From: Bacteriovoracaceae bacterium UBA6144
GTDB lineage: Bacteria; Bdellovibrionota; Bacteriovoracia; Bacteriovoracales; Bacteriovoracaceae
Direction: 5' to 3'
Length of the DNA: 64,000 nt
Assembly (NCBI GenBank): GCA_002435705.1
Contig: DIVA01000052.1
Coordinates: 89,936-153,935 of the forward strand
Part shown: piece by piece, positions 61,509 through 64,000 of the stretch
How the letters are laid out: each line of letters opens with the position of its first letter
Numbering within the stretch: the first letter of the stretch is position 1
Program-made: the position numbers and the translations under genes
Notes under the pieces: model-generated
Database searches by the model: none
What the model was told of the DNA's origin: nothing
The model's input: only the letters and a program-made list of their open reading frames with translations

Positions 61509-61949
61509 ATGTCACAGTATAAGGTCTTAGTTGTCGATGATGAGCAGGACATTCGTGAATGCATGGAAATGCTCGTGAAAGACAAGCACATCTCCTTCAC
61601 CTTGGCTGAAGACGGACAGGCCGGTCTTGATATTTTGTTGCAAGAGAAGTTTGACTGTGTGGTAAGTGATATCAAAATGCCTCGTATGGACGGTATCACG
61701 ATGCTAAAAAAAATGCGTGCAGCCCATATTCATACTCCCATTATTTTTATTTCCGCTTTTGCCAGTGAAGATTTTGCTCACGATGTGAGTGTGTATGGAG
61801 CCGCCAAGATGATCCATAAGCTAGAGCTCACACAGATTAAGAATCACATTCTTGAGGCGATTAAGTCAGCGGGAGAGATCAAGGCCCTTGAAAGCAGTGG
61901 TGATGATATCGCTTCAGACTTTCTTAACTTGGTGAATAAGACAAAATAA
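61509..61949 (+). CDS. stand-alone response regulator receiver (CheY-like)
   Basis: KVLVVDDEQDIRE ... DCVVSDIKMPRMDG ... IIFISA. ATG at 61509 is preceded by GAGAGGA. No output domain. Confidence 0.85.
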   Translation: MSQYKVLVVDDEQDIRECMEMLVKDKHISFTLAEDGQAGLDILLQEKFDCVVSDIKMPRMDGITMLKKMRAAHIHTPIIFISAFASEDFAHDVSVYGAAKMIHKLELTQIKNHILEAIKSAGEIKALESSGDDIASDFLNLVNKTK

Positions 61950-62560
61950 TGGATGCGCACACTCATCGTGCCGAGGGTCATCACCCCCGCGCCTATGTGT
62001 TAGCGGCGACGGAGCTTATGGCTCCACCGGACCATGAGAAATTCTGCGCTGGCATTCACCCCTGGCACATCTCCGGTTACCCCGCTCAAAAACCAGATCT
62101 CTTTAAACTCTTTTCTCACCGCAACTGTATTGGGATTGGAGAGACGGGACTGGATCGTCTTTATCCCCATCTCGCGCTTCAGGTTGAATCCCTCATGTGG
62201 CATTGGGATAAGGCGGAAGACTTCGAGAAACCCCTCATCTTACATCTGGTCAAAAGCAGCAGTGACATTTTGGCCCTACTCAAAAAGCGCAAGGCCCGCA
62301 CCCATTGGATCTTTCATGATTTTCAGGGCCCTGCTGATGTGGTGAAACGAATTCTTAAACTCCACCCACAGAGTTTTTTCTCCTTTGGTCCACGGGGGCT
62401 TGCTCGCTCTGATTCTCGGCACCTATGGGAGCAAGTCCCGGCCCATCTCAGGCTCATTGAGACCGATGATTCTGGACTTGAGATTGAGGCCGTCCTCAAG
62501 ATGTCTCAAGCTTCGCCGGAAGAGATGTCAAAAAATTTTCACACTGCCTTTTCACTCTGA
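61949..62560 (+). CDS. short TatD-family metal-dependent hydrolase
   Basis: DAHTH, GIHPW, GIGETGLD, LILHLV, FHDFQG and IETD motifs in TatD order. Start overlaps the upstream stop (TAATG). Confidence 0.65.
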   Translation: MDAHTHRAEGHHPRAYVLAATELMAPPDHEKFCAGIHPWHISGYPAQKPDLFKLFSHRNCIGIGETGLDRLYPHLALQVESLMWHWDKAEDFEKPLILHLVKSSSDILALLKKRKARTHWIFHDFQGPADVVKRILKLHPQSFFSFGPRGLARSDSRHLWEQVPAHLRLIETDDSGLEIEAVLKMSQASPEEMSKNFHTAFSL

Positions 62561-62637
62561 AAGCCTTGGCGTATTAAAACAGAAATTGATATATGTTAAG
62601 AAATTGTCTTAACTGCAGTTAAAACTTTGGAGGTTTT

Positions 62638-63096
62638 ATGCGTCTACTTTCTATGCTTATGGTTATTTTTTCTCTCAGTGCTTTCGCCACTGAATATGAA
62701 AAGAAGACTTTCAGCCACACTGATTTTGGCAACGACGGCTTTTCTCGTAACTACTACGCTTGTAGCTTCGCTGAAGCGGCTTTGAATGATCACTTGGTAC
62801 AATTAGGGGCCATCAACGTCCGCACCAGCTGTTCTGGCGGCATTGAACCATGGGGCACAGTATTCCCAGTTTCTCTTCGCGCCACTTATGAAGCGCCAAA
62901 GGCCGGACAAGATTTTTCACGTACAGAGAGAGTCCGTCTCACCTCTCAGTCTCGTGGCAACTCAAGCTGTTTTTTCCACACGAAGCTTTTGAGAAAGCTT
63001 CTTCCTGAATTCGCTAACGTGAAGATTTCTTCACAGCGCTCAACATGCTCAGACAACAACAGCCGTTGGAGCTACGATCTACAGGTTTCTCTTTAA
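62638..63096 (+). CDS. secreted hypothetical protein with several Cys
   Basis: Signal peptide MRLLSMLMVIFSLSAFA, GGAGG RBS, 152 aa. Confidence 0.55.
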   Translation: MRLLSMLMVIFSLSAFATEYEKKTFSHTDFGNDGFSRNYYACSFAEAALNDHLVQLGAINVRTSCSGGIEPWGTVFPVSLRATYEAPKAGQDFSRTERVRLTSQSRGNSSCFFHTKLLRKLLPEFANVKISSQRSTCSDNNSRWSYDLQVSL

Positions 63097-63102
63097 ATTC
63101 TC

Positions 63103-63124
63103 AGGGGCCTCTTTGGAGGCCCTT
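63103..63124. terminator. bidirectional intrinsic terminator candidate between convergent genes
   Basis: GGGCCTC-TTTG-GAGGCCC perfect 7-bp GC-rich stem (63105-63122), extendable by G-U and A-U pairs. It sits in the 31-nt gap between the convergent stops. Confidence 0.5.
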
Positions 63125-63127
63125 ACT

Positions 63128-64000
63128 CTACTCAACTCTCACTAAGACAAATTTCAAGTAGCGCATCTCTTCCAGTGCCAAGGGCCAAGTATGATCCTCT
63201 GGCTGCCCACGCACCACCACCACTTGACCTTTGCGACGGGCCTTTGAAAGTGAGTCTCTCACAATCTCTAAGAAAGCTTCAAAACTAATATGACCTGAGC
63301 AGCTCGACGCCGCAAACAGTCCCTGAGGAGAGACAAGTTTAATGGAGTCACTGAACACTTCAATGTAAGCTTCTCGTGCCTTCTCGACAGCTTTTTCATT
63401 GGGTGCAAAAGAAGGTGGGTCAGTAATGACGATGTCATATCTCTGTTTGTTTGCAACTGCATCCTTCAGCCATTTGAAGGCATCAGCGGTGATGGCCTCA
63501 TGGAGATCAGGCAGGTGATTGAGTTGCCAATTGATCACACTGGCTTCAATCGCTTTGGCCGCGATGTCTACGGTGGTGACATGTTTAGCACCGCCAAGCC
63601 CTGCGAACACAGAGAATCCTCCGGTATAGCCAAAAAGATTGAGAAGAGTTTTATCTTTTGAAAGTTGCCCGATGAGAAAGCGATTGTCTCTCTGATCCAG
63701 AAAAAATCCCGTCTTGGCGGCATCAATCAGATGAGTTTCAAAAAGTGCACCGTTTTCAAAAAATTGGAGATGCTCAAGATCATGGCCTCCATTGATCAGA
63801 ATTTCACCTTTATCATCTTCACGGTTTCTTCTCTTCAGATAGACACCCGTCACAAGTCCCGTCTCAACCAGAAACTCAGCAATCGCAGGTGCATCCCAAA
63901 ATGCTTCACTGGCCTTGCCATCAAGCTTGATCACCGCGAGGTCACTGTATACGTCACACACCAGCCCCGGGAGTTCATCACCCTCGCCGTTAAAGAGCCT
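63128..64000 (-). CDS. rlmI: class I SAM-dependent 23S rRNA (cytosine-C5) methyltransferase RlmI-like, 5'-truncated by window edge
   Basis: LNLFGYTGGFSVFAGLGG, IVITDPPSF. The frame stays open upstream of the internal GTG at 63961 to the window end (RLFNGEGDELPGLVCDVY, typical of RlmI). Confidence 0.7.
   Translation of the reverse strand, partial: RLFNGEGDELPGLVCDVYSDLAVIKLDGKASEAFWDAPAIAEFLVETGLVTGVYLKRRNREDDKGEILINGGHDLEHLQFFENGALFETHLIDAAKTGFFLDQRDNRFLIGQLSKDKTLLNLFGYTGGFSVFAGLGGAKHVTTVDIAAKAIEASVINWQLNHLPDLHEAITADAFKWLKDAVANKQRYDIVITDPPSFAPNEKAVEKAREAYIEVFSDSIKLVSPQGLFAASSCSGHISFEAFLEIVRDSLSKARRKGQVVVVRGQPEDHTWPLALEEMRYLKFVLVRVE

Noticed and set aside
35288-62610. Recurrence of TTGTCT in several intergenic regions (35288, 35320, 61482, 62603) as a shared regulatory motif.
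   Set aside because: A 6-mer is expected dozens of times by chance in 64 kb on two strands, and the flanks do not align beyond the pair at 35.3 kb.
62595-62613. Inverted repeat GTTAAGA-N5-TCTTAAC upstream of the 62638 gene as a terminator for tatD.
   Set aside because: The stem is AT-only with no following T-tract. It might be an operator, but nothing supports that.
1-64000. Search by eye for CRISPR arrays, rRNA/tRNA genes, IS elements and toxin-antitoxin or known defence genes.
   Set aside because: No spaced direct repeats, cloverleaf-like GC-rich islands in intergenic gaps (all gaps are under 175 nt and AT-rich), transposase motifs or defence-type domains were found. A tRNAscan, Infernal or minced run would be needed to be definitive.

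Overview
This is a gene-dense window (about 57 credible CDS) from a diderm bacterium. The evidence for a diderm is lipobox signal peptides, a LolA-like protein and an outer-membrane barrel. The genome is very compact: many genes overlap by 4 nt at start/stop, and several convergent genes share overlapping stop codons. I found no rRNA, tRNA, CRISPR array, transposase or integrase.

Content from left to right:
1. An OsmC-YcaO fusion protein.
2. A sulfide-responsive-looking operon: ArsR/SqrR-like regulator, DUF2892, methyltransferase, type II sulfide:quinone oxidoreductase, and a periplasmic alpha-carbonic anhydrase.
3. A concentration of inorganic-carbon uptake genes: sulP-dabA-dabB, plus an SbtA-like permease a few kb away.
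4. radD and housekeeping genes such as uppP.
5. The most unusual region, about 19.5-40.8 kb. It holds an eight-gene, translationally coupled minus-strand operon encoding a split type-I PKS/FAS-like system. The parts are AT-ACP-ACP-pseudoACP-KR; KS plus a truncated KS-like half plus an AfsA-like double hotdog; an acyl-AMP ligase; two ICMT-like methyltransferases; an SDR; a rifampicin-phosphotransferase-like PEP-utilising enzyme; and a UbiA-like prenyltransferase. It is flanked by a P450 and a membrane hexapeptide transferase on one side, and on the other by a divergent MacB/FtsX ABC exporter with a LolA-like protein and an OM beta-barrel.
6. Lipid-modifying and unknown genes.
7. A visibly AT-rich islet encoding paralogous secreted proteins, one of them split at a T9 tract.
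8. A six-gene coupled operon: GH3 amido-synthetase, Rieske oxygenase, GNAT-like, RnfD-like::FG-GAP/ASPIC fusion, unknown, and a short Cry-DASH-like protein.
9. An N2227-type methyltransferase fused to a PqqD-like domain, followed by small housekeeping genes and a 5'-truncated rlmI at the right edge.

All functional calls come from motif recognition by eye. No database search was run.
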